Notes under the pieces: model-generated
Database searches by the model: none
What the model was told of the DNA's origin: nothing
What the model saw: the letters and a program-made list of their open reading frames with translations, nothing else
Translations under genes and position numbers: made by a program
In this document: positions 38,552-49,958 of the stretch, in pieces
How the letters are laid out: each line of letters opens with the position of its first letter
How positions within the stretch are numbered: position 1 is the stretch's first letter
NCBI GenBank assembly: GCA_051362555.1
Contig: CM120648.1
Span: forward strand, 12,830,587 to 12,894,586
From: Lingula anatina
Lineage: Eukaryota > Animalia > Brachiopoda
Direction of reading: 5' to 3'
Length of the DNA: 64,000 nucleotides

Positions 38552-41500
38552 TTAACGTCTCACGGCGCACACGTTGTAGCTGTATGGTGTGAAAGTGGAC
38601 GCGTTAAAACCCTCCACTCCATCGGGTGGTTTCTCGCCCTCTGGTACCTTGAAGGTAAAATTCTGAAGCAACGTGGTGAAGAAAATGAACGATTCCATTT
38701 CAGCCAGACCCTTGCCCAGGCAAACACGGGGTCCTGAAATACACATATACTGTGTAAAATTTGGTAAACAGTATATGCAAAGCTTACTTTTACATGAACT
38801 TTTCCATACTAGATATAATAATAATAATAAAATTAATAATAATAATAACCTGCAACACATGTTCACTGGGGCAGTCTCAGGGTGACGGAAGATGTCCGAA
38901 GTGTAGCTTTCAATGCATGTCTAGATTTTTTTACGTCAAAAATAAGTGTACTTGATGGGATGCTTAACAACTGTACACGTTATTTCAACAACTGAATTTC
39001 TAATGAAAAATACCGCACATGTACCTATGGAAAACGGTATCAGTTTGTCCGACTTGATCACTTTACCATCATCATCCAGCCATCTTTCTGGTTTAAACTT
39101 GTAAGGATCCTCGAAGTTATTCTTATCGTGGAGAACCCGGTACAAATCTCCCAGTATTATGGTGCCCTTGGGAATGGTGTATCCGGCCAAGTTGGTTGTT
39201 TCACTGGTGGCATGGGGCGCACCCAGCGGAGCTGATGACATGTAAGAAAAAAAGATATTTCATATCAAACTGGTTTAATTGACACAGAGGGAGGGACGGG
39301 CAGAGTGAGAAAGGTATACAGAATTTACATTTAATATGGAATGTTTTATTTTAAAAGGTATGTGTAGGTAAAATGTGTTATTTATATTTAAAACGTGTCT
39401 CCAACGAAATATGTAACTAGAGAAATGTGTAGTCAGGTGTGTGGGTACCAATTAACCAAATAAAGCCAACCTAACTACTAACAGGCCTACCCAACTACCA
39501 GACTCGGCACATAAGGATCCTGAATTAATCGGTATATCGGACCACACTACCCGTTTTAAAGGTGTGTGTCAGATCGCATTTCGTAGTATCATACCCCAGA
39601 ACAAATTTTGTAGGAAGACCGCGGGCTCATCCTGTCGGTGTTCTGACTGGTACTCCGATATGCGATCTGACACACACTTTGAAAACGGGTAGTGTGGTCC
39701 GATATACCGGTTAATTCAGGATCCTTATGTGCCGAGTCTGGTAGTTGGGACTAAGGTACAGAGGTACTAAGGTTCCCTGTGCCTGTACCCCTGTACGTGT
39801 TTCACGTCAGGCATTAACTTTAAATCAGGAAATGTCCCATGAAATAGGACAATCTCGCATAACTTTTCTTGTCATTCCATTTTAAATCACACACAAAACT
39901 TGGTTGTTGTTGTTGTTGTTGTTATATTATTGATGAATCGATCAGTTTATTGGTAGTTATTTTCAAATTTAAGGAATACAATGTGAGTTTAACTTAAAAT
40001 AAAATTTACTGACCAACGGGGGACATACGAAAGACCTCCAAGATGGTTGCTTCAGTGAACGGCATCCTGGCCTTGTCCTCCATCTTGGCAACACGACCTT
40101 GACCTATGACCTTAAATTAAACACATTAAATCTTATCGACCAGTAAATATAAAATCGATAAGAACCACGTACATTTTGTTACATTGTGTATTTTTACAAG
40201 CACAGAATTGTTGCGATAAAAAGAAAAAATCTCACTCTCTCTCTCGTACTCAGTTCTACCTGTACATCGTTACCTGATCAATTTCCTGCTGCACCTTCTT
40301 CTGAACGTCCGGCCGTTTCATTAAATGAACCAGGGACCATCTCAAGGTATTTGCTGTTGTGTCAGTTCCAGCCAAATACAGATCAACAATGATACGGAAT
40401 ACGTTCCATTCTGAAAGTTATGATTGAATTTGATTATGATTGCATAATTGAATTTGTTTCGTATTCATTTACAGCTGCATTAGTGAAACCACGTGCTCGC
40501 CTGTTTGCACGCTTGTACATCTATATACGATCAGTCGACCATAACTGGTGTAACGTGACAGAGAGTTCCTCATGATAGAGAGTCCACTTTCCATTCATTT
40601 GTACAGGTGAGCCTCGCCCTAGATTTTGGCCCACTTAGGTCAGGCTAACCCTAACTATTATAACTACATGGAGGGCGGACTTTCTATTACACAGACCCTC
40701 AGTTTCGTTACACAGGTCGTACCGGTACGATGATCTGTCACAGATGGTCGGAAACTATAGATTAGTTATCGGGTGATACGTGGTGTGCAAAACGGTTTGA
40801 AGAAAAATAACAATCCCGTTACAGGCCCGTAGCCAGCAATTTCAGAGGGGGGGGGTCGTTTTCTGAAAAAGTGGTTCTTTTATCATAAAATCCTCAAGTA
40901 CGTAGATCAAATTTTACCCAGAGTGGACCTTTTCCCAGCAAAAAGGGTGGTTCTTTCGTACCCCCCGAACCCCCCTGGCTACGGGCCTGCGTTATTACAT
41001 CTCACCAAAGCCGTGAACGGGCCCTTTGCCTGTGATATACTGTACCTGTGTAGATCTCGGGATCTTGCTTCTCTTGGGTGACCTTTATGAAGAGGTCAAT
41101 AAAGTCCCGGATGTCAGTTGGATCAAAAGACTGGCGGTGTCGTTCGACTTCTTGTCGTATCAAACTATATAGCTTGTCAATGAGAGCCATTATCTTCTTT
41201 ATCTATTATAGAAATCTATATTTTGTGGGTTCCAAAACATTCTTATGGTATATGAAATACATTTCTAACGAATTAAATGAATTGATATACATTTGCAAAT
41301 AAATCAACTAATAACGACAAAATGTAACACGAGAAAATTATTAGGAAATAAATGTACTTTGTAATAAGTGGTGAAGAAATTAATTTTACCGGCAACAAGA
41401 AACGCGCCATGTTGGTAAAGAACAGAGGCCCTTGGCCAATTCTCATGGCTTGCTCCAAAACTGGCAGCATTTCTGGGGTGTCATTATAGTCATATCTGAA

Positions 41501-43580
41501 ATAGTTTCAACCAAAATGTTTCAACCAAAATGTTGAAGAAAGAAGTTGTCGACGGGTAACCATCGCCACACTGTCACATTGTCAAGAGGAGCTCGCCCAT
41601 TGGGCCCACCCCATGCATGTTGTGCTGCGCCCAGGGCAGTGAATATTGAAAATAAAATAAAATAAAATAAAATAAAATAAACATAAGAAAACAACATTTT
41701 AATGTTGAAACATAAAAAATCTGTCTTCAGGCGTGACTATTCAATAGTATTGAATTCATAATCATTGATGTGAATAAATAATCCACTGCCATGCTCAGCC
41801 CAGCTACCAGTCGCTTAAAAATCGAAAGAAAGTAAATTCATCTCAAGGGACAGGTCAAAGTAAAATACCATAGCGCTCATTCTAAAGAGCTCATGCACAC
41901 CATCGAAGAGACCCCCTAGTCATTTTCATTGATGCATTCACTTATAACTTAATTAAGGGCCAAGCTCTAAGTTTCAGCTGACTTATATCAGTGGTTGAAA
42001 TAGTCTTATAATTTTGAATGTTCTGTTAAATTGTAGATTCCATGTAAACGTTTGTCAACTAATTTTTTATGGTCGGTTAGCCTAAAATTTGTAACGTCAA
42101 GTCTCTTTCTACTCTTGGACAAACAAAATACGTATTTTGTGCCCAAGTTCTACTCTTTCCGGAATGTCATTTACTGCATTTTTAATAAAGGCTAGTCAAT
42201 AAAAACACCTCAATTACCTAGCTCCAAACACAATGATTGAAATAATGTTGCTGACAGCTTTTCCAATCCTGTCTATGGGAGAGAAAGCCTTTCCCATTTC
42301 ATCTTCAATGTTTTGCACCAAGTATCGAGCCTCGTCCTGAATTCTTTCTTCTAAACTTCTTCTCCCGAGGCCGAGATCTCGAAGAGACGAGAGCGTGAAT
42401 CTCCTCAGCTCTTTCCATTCGTGCCCGGATTTAAATATAACTCCAGCCCCTGCAGTTAAATCATTGAGTTAAAGACAAATATTAATAACAAACGTCATAA
42501 TATCCTAAATATCCTAATATCTTCCATATACACAAATAAAATTCTTTAAAACGTATGTCTTTTCTTTATGGAGCGGCCCAATTAATATTAAACTACCATA
42601 ACTGGGTCTTTTTCCCTGCTTTCATCTTATCCCATCATTACCGTTGTTCCTTCTAATGCTTTCTAACAGTAATGGCGTACACATAGATACCAGTAGGTCC
42701 AGAGCAATGGGGGGGGGGGGGGGGGGGGGGGGGGGAGAGAGACACAAAAGGGAGAGAGAAAGAGATGGGGAGAGAGAGAGAGAGAGAAATGACCGTGCGT
42801 AGACACTATACATTTTGTACAGATGTTTTGTGGGCCCTTTTCTTTAATGACCCTAGTAAAGCAGTCAGAATTAATACTCTAAATAGTGAAAAACTGTGTC
42901 AGTTATCTTTGTGTCAAACCCAAGTTTATATAACCTACATTTATAAGATAACAGCGCCAGGGCTCACTTATATTCCCAACGAACTCCAAAATATGAAATC
43001 GATTCGGATCCAAGGGGAAGAGCCTCTCCTTATCCCTCTCTTCTCCCTTCTTTTGTCTTTGTTTACTTCACCCCCCCCCCCCCCCACACACACACACACA
43101 CGCACGCGCGCTCGCGATAAGCACAATCCTGGATATACCACAGTGCACACATAAAGAGGTACGTGCATTCGTAAATTTTCAAATCTTGTAATTACCGTCT
43201 TTTCCAACTATTCGTTTTATGAAATATATCCAGGTAGGTCTAGCACTGACTGTAGCTGCATTCTTCACGAAAGCCTCTTGGATCAGCTCATAAGTTCCCA
43301 GCATTATCATGTGTTGTTCACCAAATTTGACGTGTATGATATCTCCATATGTATCATACCATGGAAGAAGATCCGTAGGTTGTCTTCTCCTACCGCTGAT
43401 CATCATCTGTGGGAGACTTCCCACCACGGGGAAACAGACAGGTCCGGGCGGCCAGTTCACCCGAGGATTCCTCGACGACAGCATCCACAGACTTAACAAC
43501 AACACTACCACGAATATCAAAACAGTAGGCTGAACAAGACTGGAGAAAAAAGCGATAAGACTCTGATCGACGTTGGCCAT
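38552..43580 (-). CDS. Cytochrome P450, clan 2 (CYP2-like), gene 5; 8 exons, 500 aa
   Basis: Minus-strand exons 43580-43196, 42449-42218, 41495-41390, 41202-41046, 40410-40274, 40110-40014, 39231-39025, 38733-38552. Introns are GT-AG. Motifs AGTDTT, EVFR, KPERW, PFSIGPRVCLG. Confidence 0.93.
39490..39749. mobile_element. Hairpin MITE with ~95-bp near-perfect inverted arms, gene 5 intron 6
   Basis: CCCAACTACCAGACTCGGCACATAAGGATCCTGAATTAA...TCAGATCGCAT pairs with its reverse complement ending GAGTCTGGTAGTTGGG. Confidence 0.85.
40544..40717. mobile_element. MITE homologous (inverted) to 4641-4797, gene 5 intron 4
   Basis: GGTGTAACG...CGTTACAC termini and a shared interior (cacttaggtcaggctaac, ggagggcggactt). 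Confidence 0.68.
40822..40989. mobile_element. MITE CAGGCCCGTAGCCAG...CTGGCTACGGGCCTG, 5-bp CGTTA duplication
   Basis: 15-bp perfect TIR with a CGTTA direct repeat on both sides. A degraded copy lies at 44507-44677 inside the hAT relic. Confidence 0.82.
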
Positions 43581-43686
43581 TTTGAACAGAGCAGGTTTGG
43601 CAGTAGTGCGTGATGATGACGTCTAGTGTTACAATCTCTATGCAAGCGTAAGGTCCAGGATGGGAGTGCTGATTTATCGCTCTACT

Positions 43687-43763
43687 AGTGCCCCCTTAAA
43701 TCTCATGTTTCACTGTGATTTCCACAGAGGTCAAGCGTCGTCTATTCAATTGAAAAGACACCA
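43687..43763 (-). promoter_or_regulatory. Tc1-end-derived proximal promoter segment of gene 5 containing AGGTCA
   Basis: atgtttcactgtgatttccacagAGGTCAagcgtcgtctattcaattgaaaagacacca versus the Tc1 arm at 5251, atgtttcactgtgatttccacagATGAAAagaagtgtctattaaattgaaaagacacca. Function is inferred only. Confidence 0.45.
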
Positions 43764-44197
43764 CCACCAATAGTGGGAAGGTACAGGTAGGTAGAATAGC
43801 CAAAGGCTTTACTCAGGCTGCGTTGAATGATCAAAGTCATTTAGTCACTTAACTCAGGAACAGTTCGTTGGTGTTATCAAATTAATCTATCAACGGTGTC
43901 TAAGTAATCAAACACTGGTAGGACAGGGGTCTTACTTGATCACAGACAGTTACCTGTAGTTGTCACATTTACAATTATTTTTGTTTTAAACAATATTTGA
44001 TAACAAATCATTTTTTCTTTCAGTATGCAAGTCCAGTGAGGTTTGGCAACATGTTGTCTTTGTACTATAATAAAAATATTTTACTTTGAATTTTACAGAA
44101 AATGCCAGGTGTGACCTATACACCAGAGTGGATAGTAATTATACCATTTCTGAGGTTAAATTATTTAGTTACTTCGTTTTTTTGTCCTCTCTTTATC

Positions 44198-47100
44198 AGA
44201 TACACCAAGAATATTTGGCATCCACCTACATGTAGTCGTTACGAGTTTCTCAAGAAGGGAAAAAAATGACATGATGAGATCGTTCAATGCGGCATGGCTG
44301 CAACAGTTTAACTGGCTTGCATATTATTAAAAAAAAAGATGGAGCATACTGTTTTCTCATGTTTTGTTTGGTGCCCAGGTTGGAAGGGACACCCACAAGC
44401 TGGACAGGCTAATGTCAAATTCCCTCACTACATGGACTTCTGCACTTAGGAAGTTGAAAGAACATGACACAAAATCTGAGGTTCACTAATCTGCCATGGC
44501 AACATTCAAGCCTGTATAGCCAGCACTTTCAAAGGTGAGTTCTTTATCTGAAAAAGTGGACCTTTTTCCATAAAAAATGTCATGTACCTTGATCAAATTT
44601 TACCCAGAGCGGACTTTTTTTCCAGCAAAAGGGGCGGTAATTTCGCCCCCCCCCCCCAGCCCCTGGCTACAAGTCTGTACCAGTCACCCAGCAGCTGGGC
44701 CATGCATTGGCAAAGAAATTAGCAGAAAACAGGGCAAAATTTGCGTATATTGTTAAGACAATTTTGCTGTGTGGTAGACATAATTTGGCACCGAGAGGGC
44801 ATCGAAACAACAGTTCTTTCAGCAACACATGGAACTTTCAAAAGTTAAGCGAGTTTAGAGTGGATGCTGGTGATGCCATTTAGGGGGGACATTGCCAGGA
44901 TGCACCAAAGAATGCTACGTGTAGGAGTAAGACTGTTCAAAAAGAGCTCATAGACTGCTGCAGGAAAATTGTCGCTAATTAGATTGCAGAGAAAGTGAAG
45001 AAGGCTTTTTTCACAATCATGGCAGAACGAGCAACAGATTGCAGTAACAAGGAGCAGTTACCACTTGCCCTTCGGAACTACGGTGAGTCAGTTTGGAAGG
45101 TACGTGAAGACTTCATCGGCCACCAGCGGTGTTGAGAGGGCATATGAGGAGCAGCAACTGCCAAGCTCATACAGATCACAGTGTCAGATCTTGGTTTCAG
45201 CATGGACAAGTTCGGATAAGCTGCAGTAAGCTGCTGGATATTCTTGGCTTTTACTGGGAAAATTCAATATTGTAAAAAGCTTTTTATGAATAAAAAAATA
45301 GCAGTGAATATATTTGAGACAAAAAATTCTATGTCAAGTTTGCTTTCTCTCATACTTATGGTCAATTTTAAATTGTTTTTTTTTTTTTTTTGGCATTGAA
45401 ATAAAATGGGGTGTGCGTTAGAAATTAACAATTAGCTGCTTGTATTTCACCAAAGTTTATGACAATGTATTTTTCAAAGGACAGTGTTACGATGGGACAG
45501 GGAACATAACTCGCAAGGTGAATGGCGCGCTGCAGCAAGAATCAAAGCAGAATGCCGAAAGGCAGTACACATCCACTGCCTGAGCTATCTAATCAGCTGA
45601 ACCCGTGGGTGATGAAGGCATGTGCAATCCAGAGCTTGTGAAAGGCAGCGACATCGAGAGAATACTCCAACGACCGCGACAGAGGAATTCTTCCACAGGA
45701 GACACCTCGCCATTCCACTAGTGGACAATTTTATACTTGGATTTACAGATATGTGCATTGTGCAGTGCTAATGCTATATTAGTAACCCTTTTATTAATTA
45801 TATATTGAATTGAACTACAATCATATATTATTTTGATCCCTATTTGTCACTGTTTTATATTGTAGAGTTGTCGTTGCCGTAACATACAAGGAGATGCCTT
45901 GAAACAAAACAAAAATAAATAATGCAATTAAAATCTCAATATTAATTCCAAATGTGATTATATGCCCAATAAGTTAATTATCTCAGCTGGTTCCCATAAA
46001 GAATTTCACTGATTTAGTTTTTTACATACAGGTATTTTATGATTTCAGATGGTAAGAAACTTCCTGGGGTGACCTCAGAATTCTTAAACTATTCTTCAAA
46101 TATTCACACAAAAAGCTAAGCATCCTAGACGCATCTGTGGAAGAAATGTTGCCTGAATCAAAGATTAGCAAACTGAAGGCCCAGTGTAAAACTAGGTATT
46201 TATAAGACGATGATCGAGGCAAATGCATTTACTGTCAATGTTAGTTCTCATATTTCAAGTATACCAAACGTGTGTAAGATTATTTTACATGTGATTGTAA
46301 ATCACTTTGTTAAACATCTTTCATTTTCATAACATTTAATAAATATCTAGCCATAGTGTAACATTTTAATTTTTTCTGACTGAATTCAACTAAAAGGATA
46401 GTTTTCAAGTTTTTTGTCAAAAGTTAACTGGATCTTGGACACTCTTTTTAAGGATGAATTATCATAGCGCCTTTCTGATGTAAAAGTTTAATTATCGGAA
46501 GGTAACTTGAACGACAGGATTCCCTACTCAGTCTCCATGACTTGTACACGCCGGTGGTGGATGCCCCAGATTCCATTAGAAGCGAGCCCCTCAGTAGCTG
46601 CGACACAGTCACAAAGACAACCAGCCTGGCCAATGCCATTACACCAAGTGATTTTATTTTCTCTTTGGTATTGTGCAAAGACGTTCTCCAATACACAAGA
46701 GAACTTGCCACCAAAACTGCAGGAGAAAGAGAGGAAGAGGTGCATCAGGCGTTTACCAATGCCCACGTTATGGTCACTACACTGGGAGAATGTGGACAAA
46801 CTGAGGTCAGAGCTGTTGAAGAAAGCAGAAACATTTGCTGTGAAAGTAGACGGGTGCTAACCAAGCCAAGTCATTGTGAAAGGCACGACAGAGGAATACT
46901 TCTACAGTAGACACCTCATCATTCCACTTGTGGACAATTTCATATTTGGATTTACAACCAGGTAGCATATGTGGCATTTGTAGGGCCAAGTTGGGAAGCA
47001 GTCATTCTCAAAATTTTGATCTACTTTGATCATTTGCCTCATCCTGATTCTCTGCCTGCATGTCTAGATGGAATTGTGGAGGACATTCTGGACATCATAC

Positions 47101-47335
47101 CATTCTCACGCACCAGCCAGTGTTAGTCAAAGCCTTCAGTTAGTGGACTCTGACACATTCCCAAACTTCGCCATTTATAAAGACTGCAAGCGATTTACCG
47201 TCAACAACCTGTGAGCGTGAGTGATCAGTATCTGCCTTCCTAAAATCAATTAGTCAAATCTGCGCTCCTGGATGGCCCAGAATAGACTCAATGGACTGGT
47301 CCTACTGCATGTTCACTACAACATTGACATTGAGA
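44198..47335 (+). pseudogene. Decayed hAT-superfamily transposase (TTF zinc finger + DUF4371 + hAT dimerisation; PRKRIR/ZMYM1-like), apparently intron-containing
   Basis: Motifs in order: MRSFNAAWLQQFNWLAY..DGAYC (TTF-type ZnF), ENRAKFAYIVKTILLCGRHNLAPRGH, APKNATCRSKTVQKELI, ATDCSNKEQL...VREDFIG, GQCYDG, KLKAQCKTR, LYTPVVDA, FIFSLV, MAQNRLNGLVLLHVH (dimerisation). There are many stops and frameshifts. Confidence 0.85.
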
Positions 47336-47807
47336 CTTGTAAATATTTTTCAGGACTGACTGTACCAAGTGAATGTTGAGACTGTACTGTAGTTTGTACC
47401 TTGTATCCTGAATTACACGTGGATTTTTCATCTGGCTTTACTTTACTATGTAATATATGTTATGGAAATGTTGACCTCAGAAGCATAGATTACTGTAGAA
47501 GTTACATTTTAACTACATGTACAATACTTATAGTAAGAAGTTATGACTGTATTTTTGAAGACATGTAGTAGACATGTATCAGTGCTTTAAATCATGGATG
47601 TCCTTTCTATATATCATACATATGACATTTGAATTCAAAGATGGAATATTTACTTTCTTTTCAATAAATTTGCATATTAGTAAGTCCAAACGTGTTTTCG
47701 TGTTTGTGTGTGTGTGTGTGTGTGTGAGCTCATGGGGGAGGGGTGAGGATGGGTTAACAAAAATAATTTGGATTATAGTCAGAAAATATCTCTGTATCCG
47801 CTCCTGA

Positions 47808-48030
47808 CCAAATGTCACTATATTTACACACAATTAACATTACATTGTGCTCTTTTAAGGTCACGTGTCTATTATAGTGTGTCTATCACGTACTCAGTTA
47901 TCCACTGTAGACGGCGCGGCGTGCCTCCACCAAGGGGTCTTTTTTCTGGGGTATTTATTGTTCCATTCTTCCTAAAGAGCTTTGTAGAGTTGGTCCAGAT
48001 AATTAGGGGCTGGTTCTCCTCTGCATGTCA
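47808..48030 (-). mobile_element. Tc1 3'-end fragment (family of 5056-6705)
   Basis: Aligns by eye to 5313-5535 (tttacacacaatta, aaggtcacgtg, ttggtccagat, tggttctcctctgca). Further fragments lie at ~15475-15540 and ~62175-62250. Confidence 0.65.
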
Positions 48031-49958
48031 TTATTTATTTATGACTGTGAAACAGTGTTCGGCTAGCCAATTAATTCTCTTTTGGAAGAACTCCAACATT
48101 CTGCTTACCTCTCACCTCCTCAAAGTGCACACTTTTGATAGGGCAACCAATATTGCCGTCGACAAAGCTGTAAATAAGGTAAGATTCATCTGTTTGTCTA
48201 TCAGTTATGCAACTCTGAGGTCACACACACGTTACGAATTGCTGTTACATGAATTCGGTCCAGAATCGCACTCCGGGATCCCCTATGATAAGTTTACAAT
48301 GCCAGGGTGTCAGGATTTTTAGTCGAAACTATAGTCAGTATATGGGGGCCAATGCTACCTGTACAAAGTAATGGGAAACGAACGACGGTTCCTAGAAAAC
48401 TGCCTCATCTTTCATGTCGTTATTAAAGGTAACCTAAAACAATAACAAAAATGGAGGATATATATCCTTCAAAATTGTCCAACTATCGACTTACGTATCA
48501 CAATATACAAACTGGGTGTTTGCTACTTAGTTATTAAGTTTTGAAAATGCGCCCTTCTCAATAGGTCTGGAAGCAAATGAGCAACGCGGTCACGTGCTCT
48601 AAACGTGCAAGTTACTGATTCAAGTTACCGATAGAAAAATTAACTGAGATTTACCAGCAAATATTTTGTCTGATGACAGTCAGACTCTATGAAGGACATG
48701 AGGGCCCTGATGGGTATTGCAACTTGTCAGCTCTCAGAGCGTCAAGCACTATCAGATCATGCAGTCGGCTTACTTAAGCGTATTTTATTCTTTCGACATT
48801 CGGGATGTAATACATAGCCGAATAAATAGAAATGTAGAGTATCAGATCTAGAAACCTCTCCATACCAGTTTGATCATTCGATTCACTATTTATCAGGATC
48901 CAGAGAGTACAGAAGTGACTTTAGCAGTCACAAGAATCTGAGACCAAGTGACCTAGATCTGCCGCTTCATGATTTGCATACTAACTGGACTGATATAAAA
49001 CGCTATGATTTAGATTTTTTATAGTCGTACATTCAGGAGATTCAACAAAGTGTATTTAATACTAATAATTATTAATAAAATTATAATAGGTTATAATAAT
49101 AATTGTAATAAGTTTATTTTAAACAATACAACATTGCAACCAAAAAGTTGTGCACTCAGGATATCCAACAAAGTGTACTGTATTAAATAATACTAATTAT
49201 TATTAAAGTTATAATAATAAGTTATAATGATAAAAGTAATACGTTTATTTTAAACATTGCAACCAAAAAGTTAAAGTTTTAAAGATAAATGAGTGCGAAT
49301 AAAAATTATAAAATAACATGTTTACATTAATAAAGGATTTACATTAGGATCGAACAGGAGTTTGAAATGAGTTCGACATAAACCTTAGTTATCTAAAATT
49401 AAGATAAAGAAAAGGGATAAAAGTAAAACGTTCAGTCTTTCATTTACGTTGAAGTAAATTGGACATGACGTAATATTTTTAGCTCTTTGCATGTTCTGGA
49501 GATGCAGAAATAATTCAGCTCATCCTTGTCGCTTTTTATTTTCTCATAAAATATTTGCATATTTCTAATTGCTGCTTATGTAAAGTGACAAGGTTTGTTT
49601 TTACCATGGTAACAACATACGATAAATCGGGAAGTATAATTCTGAGTGCCCTCTAAGTTAAATGTTACAGTCACAATACTAAAAGTGCTTTGATTAAAAT
49701 GAGATGTATTAATGACATTTAATCGATTATAAACTACAATAGAAACATGCTACATGTGAACAAAACTGGTAAATTTACAGCTCCACCGGTGTCTCAATTA
49801 CATAACGACTGCAGTTAAACGTTTCCCCTAGCTGAAAATCACAAGCAACTGTAAAGCAGTCATTTACAATGGCGTCTGAGAAACGTTTTGTCCAGAGTTT
49901 ATTTACAATAAACCAGTTATTAATAAAGAAATCGGAGCTTGACGTTTTGGACCGCATT

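Noticed and set aside
47768-48322. 184-aa ORF
   Set aside because: It spans an antisense Tc1 fragment joined to duplicated 3'-flank sequence, has no recognisable domain and is not open in the paralogous copies.
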